From positions 6,696,001-6,760,000 of the forward strand of contig NC_043010.1 of NCBI RefSeq assembly GCF_006345805.1: a DNA stretch of 64,000 nt, read 5' to 3'. A program made the position numbers and the translations under genes. This DNA is from Octopus sinensis. Its lineage: Eukaryota. Numbering within the stretch: the stretch's first letter is position 1; each line of letters opens with the position of its first letter. The notes under the pieces were generated by a model, which saw nothing but the letters and a program-made list of their open reading frames with translations, was not told where the DNA came from and ran no database searches. Below, piece by piece: positions 11,621 to 24,320 of the stretch.

Positions 11621-12997
11621 TACAGGGTGTTTTGGCTAAGTTTGACAATTTTTTTTATATCTCCTTTTTTTTAGGAACAGCTTGATGTATTGGGGATTAG
11701 TCAACGGCATTGGAGAGCATAAAGATTAAAGTTGTAGTTGAGAAAAAGTTAATTGACATGGAGCAATGGAAACAATCAGAATATTGGAAAACAGTCACCT
11801 GTCTCATGATGATTTCACAGTAGGTAACAAAATACTGAACCATGACTGCTGCTCAATGCTCTGGGAACCCTGTAAAGACTGTAAAACATAACATAGGCAG
11901 CTGCAACAGAGACTACAAAGCTGTGGTTGGCAGGAAGGGACACAGCAGGCATCCTGAGTGCATTTACACATTAGAATTCATCCAGCAACAGAGTTTTTTG
12001 TTTGTTCCTTCTCGAGCCATGCCTGGCTCATAAGGGCCGGTTTTCCAGTTTCCTTGGCATATAGGTTCCCCACCTGGATGGGACGCTGGTCTGCCGCAGG
12101 TGAGCTGCAAGGTGCAGGAGGAAAGAGTGAGAGAAAGATGTGGTGAAAGAGCCAGCGGCAGTTTGCCATTACCTTCTGCCAGAGCCGTGTGGAGCTTAGG
12201 TGTTTTGCTCATAAACGCACACATCACCCAGTCTGAGATTCGAACCCACGATCCCTCAACCGCGAGTCCGCTGTTCTAACCTCTTGGCCATGTGCCTCCA
12301 CTACAAAGGTGGTGGAAAATCTGAGCAAGGGTGTCTAAGCTTTGGCAAGAAAGATGGGTGTTGGAGATGTTGCCATAAAGATGGCCCTGAATGAGGACCT
12401 TCTCTATCATTCATACATGATGTACAAGGGACAAATTCTGACAGGCAAAGCCAAGGAGAGCCACTTGACGAAGGCCAAAAAACTCCTGAACAAGCTAAAG
12501 CATCCTGCTGAGCTGGAGATTATCTGTTTTTTTCTCAAATGAGAAAAACATCATCTGCCAAAACAGTTGCACATCACCCACGATGATTTGCCTACAATCC
12601 ATGCAATGTCCCACATATTATGAATACTCAGTTACCCCAGACTGTGATTGTCTTTGAGTGTGTCTCTAGTGAGAATGATGTCATGCCACTCTTTGACCTT
12701 TGGCTCAATTCAGATGGCTGTGTGAAGTTGTTGGTGACTGTGGTCAGACCCTGGAGAGGGTTGCAGCTGGAAAGCCATGCGTGGCAGCAGAATTTGGCTC
12801 ATTGTCATACTTCCAGAAGTATTTGTCAGAGAATCTCTACCACTTCACCAGCCCCAATTTCTAGCCTCCTGGTCTCCCCAGTTGTATTCCCATGGATTTC
12901 TATGCAAGGGGTACAGTTGAAAGACACCATACAGTATGGGAGGCATACACCAAATTCTGGAGCCATGATGGAAGCTGAAGGCAGATACTTTGAGTAA
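11621..12997 (+). pseudogene. Decayed Tc1/mariner-superfamily transposase (DD37D/maT-like), interrupted by a SINE
   Basis: Fragments YKAVVGRKGHSR, AKKLLNKLKHP, FFSNEK, TVIVFECVSSENDVMP, VKLLVTVVRP, WQQNLAHCHTS, and in another frame PPGLPSCIPMDFY (WPPNSPDCNPMDY-like), ending EGRYFE*. Possible left end taCAGGGTG at 11621. Confidence 0.8.
11991..12301 (-). mobile_element. tRNA(Arg)-like SINE, tail type B, inserted in the transposase
   Basis: Head ggaggcacaTGGCCAAGAGGtt...GGTTCGAATC (A/B boxes). First ~185 nt align with the 18492 and 52410 copies; the 3' part differs (cccatccaggtgggg...ggaaaaccggcccttatgagcc). Confidence 0.85.
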
Positions 12998-13016
12998 ACT
13001 GTTGTCTCACAGCCAT

Positions 13017-13051
<35 letters not shown>

Positions 13052-13195
13052 CCACCATCATCATCGTTTAACATCCTTTTCTCATGTGGGCATGGGTTGG
13101 ATGGTTTGACATGGGGTTGGCCAGCTGGGATCTGTCCAGAATCCAATTGTCAGTTGTGGCATGGTTTCTGTGGCTGGATGCTCTTCTTAATATTC
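13017..13195 (-). mobile_element. Solo 3' end of the RTE LINE family with (ATG)n tail; other copies 33030-33400 (-), 35870-36080 (-), 38793-39150 (+), 57545-57640 (-), 62240-62476 (+)
   Basis: All align with the 6190-6365 terminus (aggaagggcatccagc...ccaacccatgctagcatgga...gttaaatgatgat). Confidence 0.8.
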
Positions 13196-13412
13196 TTTGA
13201 TTGTTTAAAATACTTGTATTTTTTTGGATGAGGTATTTTTGTTTTCTTTCCCTTTTATGCAAACTGTCAAGTATTTTACCAACTCCAAAAGGATGAAAGG
13301 CAAAGACAACTTCAGTGGAATTTGAACTCAGTATGTAAAAGATAGATGAAGTGCCACAAAGTTCTTTGACCAGTGTTCTAACATTTCTACCAGTCTCGTG
13401 CTTTAACTTGCT

Positions 13413-13889
13413 CCTTTCGTTACCAACCCGGCTGAAACCGGCTCTGGCTCTGTAGTACAAATGTCTTGTTTTCATAAGTTTGGAATTAAAATCTTCCACC
13501 AAACCTTAGTCACAATTTATGTTCCTAACACCAGCTGAATGATAACTAAATTATTTTACTAAATTGTTTGTTATATTTAAAATAATTGAAAGAAAGACAG
13601 AGCATCTCAAAATAAATACAGTAACGAAAGGGTTAAAAATATATAATAGAGAAACAATTCTTAACCCCTTTGATACCAACCCAGCTGAAACTGGCTCTGG
13701 CTCTATAGTACAAATTTTTTGTTTTCATAAGTTTGGAATTAAAATCTTCCACCAAACCTTAGTCATAATTTATGTTCCTAACACTAGCTGAATGATAACT
13801 AAATTATTTTACTAAATTCTTTGTTATATTTAAAGTAATCGAAAGAAACACTGAGCATCTCAAAATAAATACAGTAATGAAAGGGTTAA
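13413..13889. mobile_element. Two adjacent copies of a ~228-bp TTAA-flanked MITE (piggyBac-like ends): 13413-13636 and 13661-13889
   Basis: Ends TTAACCC(C)TTT...AAAGGGTTAA; internal sequences nearly identical; 24-bp spacer. Confidence 0.8.
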
Positions 13890-13929
13890 ACAAATAACTT
13901 TAATTTGACATTAATATCTGCTTTAAAAT

Positions 13930-14300
13930 AATGATTTTGATTTAACAAGGACTCCAAATTTGCCATCAAGATGTAGGACAAGATACTGTGATAGCCTGGG
14001 CTTCCGAGGCCCACAGCTCTTCAATATCCTCCCGAAGAACCTGAGAGACCTGCATGGGGTGGATGCAGATGTCTTTAAAATAAAACTGGATCTCTTCCTG
14101 TCAGGTGTCCAAGATGAACCAACTTCACGGCAGGAGGTGCAGATGAGGGCAGCTGCATCGAACTCTCTCATGCACCAAATGGCAGTTGCTAAAAAGCATT
14201 CGTGAAGTAAAATCATGTAGCAACACCAAATGGTGGTGCCCCAGCATGGCCACTGCTCGTGAGCTGAAACTAGATAAAATAAAATTAAAAAAAATAAAAT
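13930..14300 (+). mobile_element. CR1/L2-type LINE 3' fragment
   Basis: RGPQLFNILPKNLRDL...FKIKLDLFL...DEP...SNSL motif followed by an A-rich tail. Confidence 0.8.
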
Positions 14301-14904
14301 CTGTTCTTATCGCTGGTGTCATTTCAGACAAATGTGAGCCCTGACTGACCATTCCAGTCAGGATGATCATCATCATTATGATGGCTACAGAAAAATTCTG
14401 ATCCTTAGATTGTCTCTACTCAATAAAGTGATGAACTTTGCTTCAATTTGGTGTTTGTTTCAGCCTTCTTAGTGCCTCCAGAAGAAGTTACTTGGATGTT
14501 ATGGTGGTCTAGGTGGAATTTGAACCATTCCAAGACAATCCTCTCTATTTTATATGTCAGTAGTTATATTATCCAACATATCCTTCTTTATTTAAACAAA
14601 AGCAGCAGAGTATATACTGAGAATTGTTTAGTTGCTATTTCTAAATGGTCGAGCAACCATTTTGAGGTCTTCTCATTGGCTGAAATGTGAGTTCAAATTT
14701 GAAGAATGTCAATAAAATATACTAAAATATATATCCATTTTATTACTTCCAGTGGAATGCTGTCAAAACCTAAACCACACCTGGCTTGGTTTTTGAGCTG
14801 GAGAGCGCTTTATCAATTACTTTCCATGCCACCGAACCTACTCAACCGTGTCTAAATTGAGACTACCCACCAAGAAAAACCAGAACTATTGAAGTAGCAG
14901 TATA

Positions 14905-14959
14905 TTGTCAACAACAACAACAATGACAATAACAAATAATAATAATAATAATAGTAGTA

Positions 14960-15050
<91 letters not shown>
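14905..15050. repeat. (AAC/AAT/AGT)n trinucleotide microsatellite; similar tracts at 21595-21757, 22050-22095 and 22210-22312
   Basis: Direct reading. Confidence 0.95.
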
Positions 15051-15051
<1 letters not shown>

Positions 15052-16472
15052 TCACATGGATGACACTAACTGTCACATAAACAGAAGCAGCATAGGTGAT
15101 AACAACAACAACAACAGCAGCAACAACAAAATAGCTTTTTAGTTTGATGCATACATTTACAGAAAAAAAAAAAAAGATATAATAAAAAAAATGTTAATAA
15201 AAGTAATTTACTTTCAGAAACATTTCACTAACACCCAAAATTTCTAAAGTAGATGAATGTATTTTAAATTCCCAAAATCCCTCAGTTGCTTTTAAAACTT
15301 GAAAACCTCACTGATAACATCATATATGTATCTGATTTTGATGTTGTGTATTATATTGCATTTTGGAGTCAGGGGATGTATAAAATTAGAAGCAATAGCT
15401 GTGTACTTTTGTGAGTTTATGTATATTTTTTCCCATTAAGATTAGGAAATATCTATAAGTATATGTATATGTATGTATGTTTTTTTGCATGTATGTATAT
15501 ATATATATAAGTATATGTGTTTGTGTGTGTGTGTATGTATGTAATCGTATTTATACATGATGTGTTTTGTATTTTATTTGTGTCATGAAGATTTGTTGAT
15601 ATGAATGAAGGTAAAGGAGAGGAGAATATTTAATAACCACTGAAAAAAATGTAGAAAAAAGATAATATTAACATAAATGATAAATTAAAAAAAAAAAAAA
15701 AGAAAAAAAAACGAGGTATTTTCAGTGTGTTTCGAAATGAATTTTTGTATTGTGCAATTTTTACTTCAGATTGACAGTCTCTAAAAATTATTCTTTGGTA
15801 GTTAGGAAGATTAAAAGATGTCAGGTCTGCATGTATATGTGCATGGTAGCATATGCAGAAGGTTTGATCTGTAAATTTTTTTTTAGAGAAAAACATGTTT
15901 GCATTATTCAAATCCTTGTAAGTGTATGTATGTATCTTTAGCTTCTAGCTTGAAAATTTGTACACATTTTGTATGTTATGTTATGACTGAATATGCATTT
16001 GCAAACATACACACACAAGCACGTACATATGTAATGTTCTAATGTTTATCTGAATGTATAATTTTGTCTGTGCACATTTTTATACATAAGTTTACATGTT
16101 CAGTTCATGCACGCATACATTATTTTATGAGTGTATATATTTATACATATGTATGTATATATGTATGTATGCATGTATGAATGTATATACGTACATTCGT
16201 GTGTGTGTGAAAAGTGAAAATGTGCCTATATTTTATGAGTGTATATATTTATATATATGTATCTATATACGTATGTATGCATGTATGAATGTATATATAT
16301 GTACATACGTGTGTGTGTGAAAAGTGAAAATGTGCCTATCTGTGTTTTTGTTAAAGGGTTTGAATTTGTGTAGTTACAAATCAGATAACAGGATTGGATC
16401 TGAATATGTGTTTGTCTGTCCATCTCTCTCACCCATTCTCTCGCTTTCTCTCTGAATATGTGTGTGTGTATG

Positions 16473-16504
<32 letters not shown>

Positions 16505-17699
16505 CATGCGTGCGTACATATGTATATGTTGTTATTAGTTATATATTGCACATACATGCACAGTTATCAATTTATCTGTGTATGTGTTTAAATATGTTTA
16601 TATCTCTATTCATATGCGTGATTGCATTTCTGTAGGTGAAATATAGAGATAGCATGCACATCATGGAACTATTGCTAGATGCCTTTCTGCACTCATTTAT
16701 GCTGTCAAAGTTTGGTGGCCTCCTTTCTGTGCAAACAGAAGTTATATAAACCAAATCTGTCACATCAGAACGAAACACATGTATTAGCTTTGAATTTCAA
16801 CAGAATCCTCTCATAAAACACCTAGTTTAGATTGTACCTTATCTCATCATTCAGTTTTTGTGATTTTGAAATGAAACAAAATGGTCCAATGAGTGATTTT
16901 TCTTTTTTATAACTCATTGAGATATTTTATCAGATTTCTTCTCTAACGTCATATATTAACCCCGGAAAAGGCATTTCATGATCTGGATTATTGACTTTAG
17001 AGGCAAGATAGGGGCATTGCCATTTAAAGATTCCCCAGTGTACATCATATTAAGATCATTCCTAATTGATTAGGTTAATAACAATCTTTCAATGAATACA
17101 CAATCCAGCTTATGCAAAAAAAAAAAATAATAATAAATGGAAGAAAGAAAAAGAAAGAAAGAAAAAAGAAGAAAGAAAGAAAGAAAATATTTCCCTAAAT
17201 GCTAGCTGAAGGCAAAATAAAATATGTGGAGGTTTTTGTTGAAAAAGTTCATTTCGAAATAGTGACACTGGTATTATTAGCAAAATAATTTAGAATAGGA
17301 ATGGACAACAGAAGAATAACCCCTAAGCAACAAAGCTATAATTTCAGTGACACAACAACAAAATAACAACAACAAAATCATCATCATCATCATCATCGTC
17401 ATCATCATCATCATCATCTCCTGTCTACATCCAATATGTGCGTTATTTCTCAAATCAACTGAACAATAAGGTGGTTTGGGAATCTGGGATTATTTATTGT
17501 TGTTTGTGAGATTAGGAAAAAAATCTTGGAAAATTGAAAATAAGTGTTAGCACAATTGGCAGAACATCTCTGAGAGGATCTGCGACAAAAAAAATGGCTT
17601 GTCTCTGTGACTCACAATAACAAGAATGGTAATAATGATGGTTATAGCATTAAAACCACCAACAACAGCAGCAACAACAACAACAACATGAAAATCTAT

Positions 17700-18131
17700 A
17701 GCTCTGGGTAAATAGCTGTTTGGTAGAGAAGAGGCACACTTTGTTAATCACGTGTTTCCAAGTTCAATCCCACTGCATGCTGCTTTGGCAAAAGTATCTT
17801 CTCCTGTAGCCCTGGGCTGACAAATACTTTGAGAATGGAATTTGGGAGGCAAAAACTAATGGGGAGTAGTATATACGTAAATACACACATACACACATAC
17901 ATACATACACAAACACTTACACATACATACCCTCTCTCTCTTTCGGAGAGGCACAAGCACCAACACGCACATATACACACACGGCAGTAACTTCCGCCTG
18001 CCGAATTCAATCACAAAGCTTCGGTCGGCTCGGGGCTGTGGCGGAAGACACCTGCCCAAAGTGCCACACAGTGGGACTGAACCCAAAACCATGTAGCTAG
18101 GAAGCAAGCTCCCTAACCACACAGCCATGCC
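17700..18131. mobile_element. Two decayed family-1 SINE 5' halves in tail-to-tail orientation around a CA/CT microsatellite
   Basis: Plus half aagttcaatcccactgc... (17745-17870); minus half ...gtgggactgaaccc...cacacagccat (17975-18131). Confidence 0.6.
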
Positions 18132-18491
18132 CATTCTTGCTGATATATATCGACAGGAAAAAAAAAATACTGGTGCTTTTCAAATGTAGTCCTTTCTACC
18201 AAGTTATAGATAAAATTCTCACCGACAGAAATGTAGTTGATTTTTCCATTGGAAACATGTAATCAATGAAGCTATTGTTTACCAATTGTGAAATAAAATA
18301 GGTAAATACATAAATAAATAGGACAAGTCATAAAGACAACGGAATGAGTACAATAGGGTTAGGTAGTTCATGCCATGGTAAATAGTGACTGTTTCATTTG
18401 CTTTTAATGCATAAATCAAAAAGTTCCCACGGCTAACAAGAACAGATAAGTTGGCACTAGATGACTTTCTTTTTGTTTACTCTTATAAATT

Positions 18492-18885
18492 TTTTTTTTT
18501 TGGAAGCACTCCGTCGGTTACGACGACGAGGGTTCTGGTTGATCCGAATCAACGGAACAGCCTGCTCGTGAAATTAACGTGTAAGTGGCTGAGCACTCCA
18601 CAGACACGTGTACCCTTAACGTAGTTCTCGGGGATATTCAGCGTGACACAGAGAGTGACAAGGCCGGCCCTTTGAAATACAGGTACAACAGAAACAGGAA
18701 GTAAGAGTGAGAGAAAGTTGTGGTGAAAGAGTACAGCAGGGATCACCACCATCCCCTGCCGGAGCCTCGTGGAGCTTTTTAGGTGTTTTCGCTCAATAAA
18801 CACTCACAACGCCCGGTCTTGGAATCGAAACCGCGATCCTATGACCGCGAGTCCGCTGCCCTAACCACTGGGCCATTGCGCCTCC
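18492..18885 (-). mobile_element. Young tRNA(Arg)-like SINE, tail type A, with poly(A) tail and 13-bp TSD
   Basis: A-box TGGCCCAGTGG, B-box GGTTTCGATTCC; TSD actcttataaatt at 18479-18491 and 18886-18898; highly similar to 52410-52795. Consistent with reported octopus OR-type SINEs, but I did not verify the family name. Confidence 0.9.
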
Positions 18886-19225
18886 ACTCTTATAAATTAA
18901 CCAAATGAGGAGATGTAAGCTTTTATGGACCCCAACAAAACTAAAGGGGTCGATGAAATTTATGCTTAGTGTATTGGAGTTTGGGGATTTATAAGGATTG
19001 GGAAAATGTGTTTAGGATGGGATCTGAGAGGCAAGACGGAAATGGCTGTATTTTTGATGTCTTGTTTGTTCAACAATGAGGTCAAGCAATATCACTGACT
19101 TCCTTTAGCTTGGTAAAAGCCAATTCTATAAAGAGAAATGAGTGCTGTTTTATATACAGACATACGCACATATATACATAGTTATAATTGATCATATCAG
19201 CATTGGATTTGAAAATAAAACAATA

Positions 19226-19447
19226 CTCTTTTTCTCTTTTTACTTGTTTCAGTCATTTGACTGCGGCCATGCTGGAGCACCGCCTTTGGTCGAGCAAATC
19301 GACCCCAGGACTTATTCTTTGTAAGCCCAGTACTTATTCTATCGGTCTCTTTTGCCGAACCGCTAAGTTACGGGGACGTAAACACACCAGCATCGGTTGT
19401 CAAGCAATGCTAGGGGGACAAACACAGACACACAAACACACACACAC

Positions 19448-19494
<47 letters not shown>

Positions 19495-19660
19495 CGACAG
19501 GCTTCTTTCAGTTTCCGTCTACCAAATCCACTCACAAGGCTTTGGTCGGCCCAGGGCTATAGCAGAAGACTCTTGCCCAAGATGCCACACAGTGGGACTG
19601 AACCCGGAACCATGTGGTTGGTTAGCAAGCTACTTACCACACAGCCACTCCTGCGCCTAT
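19226..19660 (-). mobile_element. Full-length family-1 SINE
   Basis: Reverse complement of the 47405 and 55421 copies, including the internal microsatellite. Confidence 0.9.
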
Positions 19661-19835
19661 AGTTGAGTTCTCATGGATTCCTTAAGTTATTTGATGATTA
19701 ACATATCTATGTTGAATTTTTGATTTGTATTTTGCTTTTAGTAAAGCTTTCATTAGAGATTCTTCTCACTTTTGTGAAATTTATATAAAATTACAGAGCC
19801 ATCAACTTATGTTTTCCTCTCTACTTTTATTTTGT

Positions 19836-20236
19836 ACTAGCAGTATCGCCCAGCGTTGCTCGGGTTTGTAAGGGAAATAACTATATAAGCATTTTTAGAG
19901 AGTTATAGCCAAAAAATAGCAAAAAAATGCATTAAAAATGGAAAAAAAATGATGGTAAATTTTTTTTTAAATCGTTGACTCATCGTAGACATTTTTAGAG
20001 TGTTACTTCCCTTATATAATAGCGAAAAATGCATTAAAAAGGAAAAAAAAATGACGGTAAATTTTTTTTTAAATCGTAGACTCATCATAGATGCGCGCTA
20101 ATACCCAGAAGTGCTCTATATGAATCACGACTATAAGATACCCGGTTTTGGTTAAACTGCACCGCAAAATGTGGGAGTAGTTAGGAATCTAAATCGTAGG
20201 AGACAGACACACAACTTGACTTTTATATATAAAGAT
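19836..20236 (+). mobile_element. Non-autonomous Helitron/Helentron-like element
   Basis: Starts ACTAGCAGTATCGCCCAGCGTTGCTCGGG, ends ttttatatataaagat, has two internal ~100-bp repeats; termini resemble Lep1/DINE-type elements (from recall). Confidence 0.65.
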
Positions 20237-20759
20237 TACAGAGCCATCAACTTATGTTTTCCTGTCAACTTTCATTTTGTATGTCATATTATGTGTAGCT
20301 ATGGTTTCTTATTGTAAATGCAGGGTTAACAAATGAGAAAGAGTTGAACGTATATATATATATGTGTGTTTATGTCTGTGAGAGTGTAAGTGTATGTATG
20401 TATGTATACACAAATGCATGTACATACACATATGTATATATTTGTGTGTGTGTGTGTGTGTATTTATGTGATATTTTTATGCAGATGTCTGTAAATACTG
20501 TGGGCATATGTATGTCACATGTCTGTATTTACATTTAAACTGGTCATCAAAACAAAATACGTGTTGCTGATTATGTCTCGTGATTTAACAGTTCAATAAA
20601 CAGAGATCAATAGAATAAGCAGCAGACTATGATATATATATTGGAGCCAATATGACTGACTAAAGCACTTGCAGGTGGAGCTCCAGCATAGCAGCGTTTT
20701 TTTATGAATGGAACCAGTAAAAGATTAAAAGTAAAACAGGGCAAAATTAAATCTAAATG

Positions 20760-20789
20760 TTACACATACACACACACACATTTATATAT

Positions 20790-20841
<52 letters not shown>

Positions 20842-20843
20842 AA

Positions 20844-20907
<64 letters not shown>

Positions 20908-20984
20908 CATATATATATATACATATATAGATATACATACATATATATATACAAACATATATATATATATATATATACATACAT

Positions 20985-21022
<38 letters not shown>
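20760..21022. repeat. Long (TA)n/(CA)n compound microsatellite; similar tracts at 1620-1900, 32120-32660, 42290-42650, 44490-45120, 59100-59470, 59840-60400
   Basis: Direct reading; source of the YIYI/HTHT ORFs. Confidence 0.95.
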
Positions 21023-21025
<3 letters not shown>

Positions 21026-21674
21026 CAATGTCATAGTTATATAAATAGAGCAGTAATGTGCAAATTGATCTAAAACAGATGTTTAACCAGTTTAAAAACA
21101 AATCTAAAAGTATCATTAACATGACAAGCAATCAATATCTTCTAAATTGTTTATAAGCTGCTGTCTCTTTGCTCACTTTTATGTGGTAGGGTTTGATATA
21201 CAGGTTGTTGATCAGCACTGTTATGAAAATGTATAGCATGATGGTCGTGGTTGGAATGTCTTTGATCAATAACCACTCCTTCTCTTTTTTCCCTACAGAA
21301 TTTAAATCTACAATTCTTAGCATGGGAAAAAAATTTGTACTGGATGGTGGTTTCCAAATTCCAGAGGTAAATATGTGGAGTCTAGGAGGGAAATTCTTTT
21401 GAGGGGGGAAAAATTTGGGGGTTAGTAGGGGTTAGTCAAACCCAGTGCTCAATTAGATCTTGTTTCATCGATTCTAAAAGGATGGCAGGCAAAGTCAACC
21501 TCAGCAACATTTAAACTCAGAACGTAAAGAACCAGAAGAAATGTCACTAAACATTTTTGTCCAGTGCAGTAACAATTCTACCAGCTCATTGGCCTAATAA
21601 TAATAATAATAATGATAATAATAATAATAGTAGTAGTAGTAATAATAATAATAATAATAATAATAGTAGTAGTA

Positions 21675-21722
<48 letters not shown>

Positions 21723-21756
21723 TAATAGTAGTAGTAGTAATAATAATAATAATAAT

Positions 21757-21849
21757 AACCTACGCAAAATACTCTCTATGTAATCTCAACCTACGCAAAA
21801 TACTCTCTATGTAATCTCAACCTACGCAAAATACTCTCTATGTAATCTC
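21757..21849. repeat. 31-bp minisatellite x3 (aacctacgcaaaatactctctatgtaatctc)
   Basis: Three perfect units. Confidence 0.95.
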
Positions 21850-22261
21850 AAGGTTTAAAACAAACATAATTTTCGGTTAAAAAAAAAAAAACTTTTTTTT
21901 TTTAGACATTCATTAGTACAACATCCCCACCCCCCAAATATATGGCACACTAGGCACAACAACAACGTGAACTTCCAACCCTGGTGTCTCTTGAGGTCTC
22001 TGGGTGAGACTTGGAGCCAACTTGTACAAATATAAAGCAAAAGTCAAACATAGAATAATAATAATAATAATAATAATAATAGTAGTAGTAGTAATTTGTG
22101 ATGCATGTGCCTGGTGTACCTTTATCAGACGGGTAGTCATGATGGGTATATTGGGCTTCGTATATTTTACCCCAGTGTCACTTTGATGGCATGAACTGCT
22201 CTCTCACTCAATAATAATAGTAGTAGTAGTAATAATAATAATAATAATAATAGTAGTAGTA

Positions 22262-22312
<51 letters not shown>

Positions 22313-22656
22313 TTTTCTACTATAGGCGCAAGGCCTGAAATTTGGTGGGAGGGGACTAGTCAATTACATCGACCCCCAAAAGTACCAGTGTTTCACAGGT
22401 ACTTAATTTATTGACCCTGAAGGGATGAAAGACAAAGTCAATCTTGGTGGAACTGTGAATGATTTAGTTTAACAAATTGACCCCAGCACTTACTTTTTAA
22501 TTCTAGTACTTATTCCTTTGCTGAATCACTAAGCTACAGGGATGTAAGCAAACCAACAATGGTTGTCAAGTGGTGATAGGAGACAAACATAAAAACAAAA
22601 ACATGCACAAATATATATGTACACATACGCACACACACACTCATGCACACACATAT

Positions 22657-23775
22657 ATAAGTCAGTAGCGGGGGTGGGGAGGTGGATGCCCTGAGAGTGT
22701 AGCTGCTAGAACAAGAATAGTCTGGGCAAAGTTCAGGGAGCTCCTAACTCTGCTGGTGACAAAGGACCTCTCACTCAGAGTAAAAGGTAGACTGTATAAC
22801 ACATGTGTGCGAACAGCTATGCTATATGGCAGTGAAACATGGGCTGTGACTGCTGAGGACATGCATAAGTTTGCACAGAATGAAGCTAGTATGCTCCGCT
22901 GGATGTGTAATGTCAGTGTGCATATATGACAGAGTGTAAGCACCCTGAGAAAAACGTTAGACATAAGAAGCATCAGATGTGGTGTGCAAAAGAGACGACT
23001 GTGCTGGTATGGTCATGTGTTGTGTATGGATGAAGACTGCTGTGTGAAAAAGTGTCACACCCTATCAGTAGAGGGAACCTGTGGAAGAAGTAGACCCAGG
23101 AAGCCCTGGGATGAGGTGGGGAAGCACGAATGTTGGGCCTCACAGAGGTGATGACAAGTGACCGAGACCTTTGGAGATATGCTGTGCTTGAGAAGACCCA
23201 GCAAACCACCTGAGACTGTAACCATGGCCTATGCCAGTGCAGCATAACTGGCCCATTTAAGAGTACCTTTCAATCATTGGGCAGTAAATTGTACTTGCAA
23301 AGACCTGCTGAGGCAAGTGAAGTCATTGTCATGGATGATGACAGTACTGCCTGATTGGCATGTAAAAAGCACTATTCGAGCATGGTCGATGCCAGTGCTA
23401 GTGGCACATAAAAAGTACCATTTGAGCATGATCATTGCCAGTGCTGGCTGACTGGTCCCATGCCGGTGGCACATGAAAAGCACCATTCAAATGTGGTCAT
23501 TGCCAGTGCCATCTGACTGGCTCCCATTCCGGTGGCTTGTAAAAAGTACCATTTGAGAGTGGTCAATGCCAGTACTGCTTGACTGGCCCTCAAGCCAGTG
23601 GCACGTAAAATGTGCCCACTACACTCTTAGAGTGGTTAGTATTAGGAAGGGCGTCCAGGTGTAGAAACTTTGCCAGATCAGATTGGAGCCTGGTGCAGCC
23701 ATCTGGTTTGCCAGCCCTCAGTCAAACTGTCCAACCCATACCAGATAGAAAGCGGACGTTAAATGATGATGATGA
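22657..23775 (+). mobile_element. Older, decayed 5'-truncated RTE copy (C-terminal ORF, 3' UTR with ~55-bp repeats, ATG tail)
   Basis: Translates to ...WAKFRELLTLLVTKDLSLRVKGRLY...YGSETWAVTAED..., homologous to 4120-4665, with stops. Confidence 0.9.
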
Positions 23776-24227
23776 GGATCATATATATGTATGTTTTATG
23801 TATGTGTGTATGTATGTATTATATTATACTATCTATGATATCGATTTCAAAAGTTTGGCACAAGGCCAGCAATTTTGGGGGAAGGGATAAATTAATTGCA
23901 TCGACTCCAGTGCTCAACTGGTGCTTATTTTACCCCCCCCCACTCCAAAAAGACGAAAGGCAAAGTCAACCTCAGTGGAATCAGAGAGCCAGAATGTGAA
24001 GACAGAGGAAAGGCTGCTTAGCATTTTGCCCGGTGTGCTAATGCTTCTGCCCAGTTCTAATAAAAACAATTCGACATTAATCTGATGGGTCACTCAGAGT
24101 GCAGATTTATTATTCTTATATAAGAAAGTTGTTGACAGTGACTTCGAAGTCTAAGCCAGCTAATCCATTCTCAGACAGCCGGCTAAAACTTTGAAATCAC
24201 TGTCAATAACATACTTGTATAAGAATA

Positions 24228-24277
<50 letters not shown>

Positions 24278-24320
24278 ACACGCATGCCCACACATATTAT
24301 ATATATATATATATATTTAA

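Noticed and set aside
14448-14690. Processed-pseudogene-like stretch (EFEPFQDNPLYF)
   Set aside because: Multiple stops and no identifiable family.
16676-16789. Plus-strand terminal exon VKYRDSMHIMELLLDAFLHSFMLSKFGGLLSVQTEVI*
   Set aside because: Acceptor is plausible but I recognise no homolog and no in-phase upstream exon.
18810-18885. tRNA gene (also 52410-52480, 12230-12301)
   Set aside because: A/B boxes are present but there is no closed acceptor stem; they continue into SINE bodies with TSDs.
21132-21385. Candidate PcdhB terminal exon (QPVYQTLP, WNLETT, shared aacctgta..tatcaaaccct with PcdhA exon 3)
   Set aside because: The phase-1 frame from the only good acceptor stops after 21 codons, the similarities fall in different frames, and part of the region matches a dispersed repeat tail.
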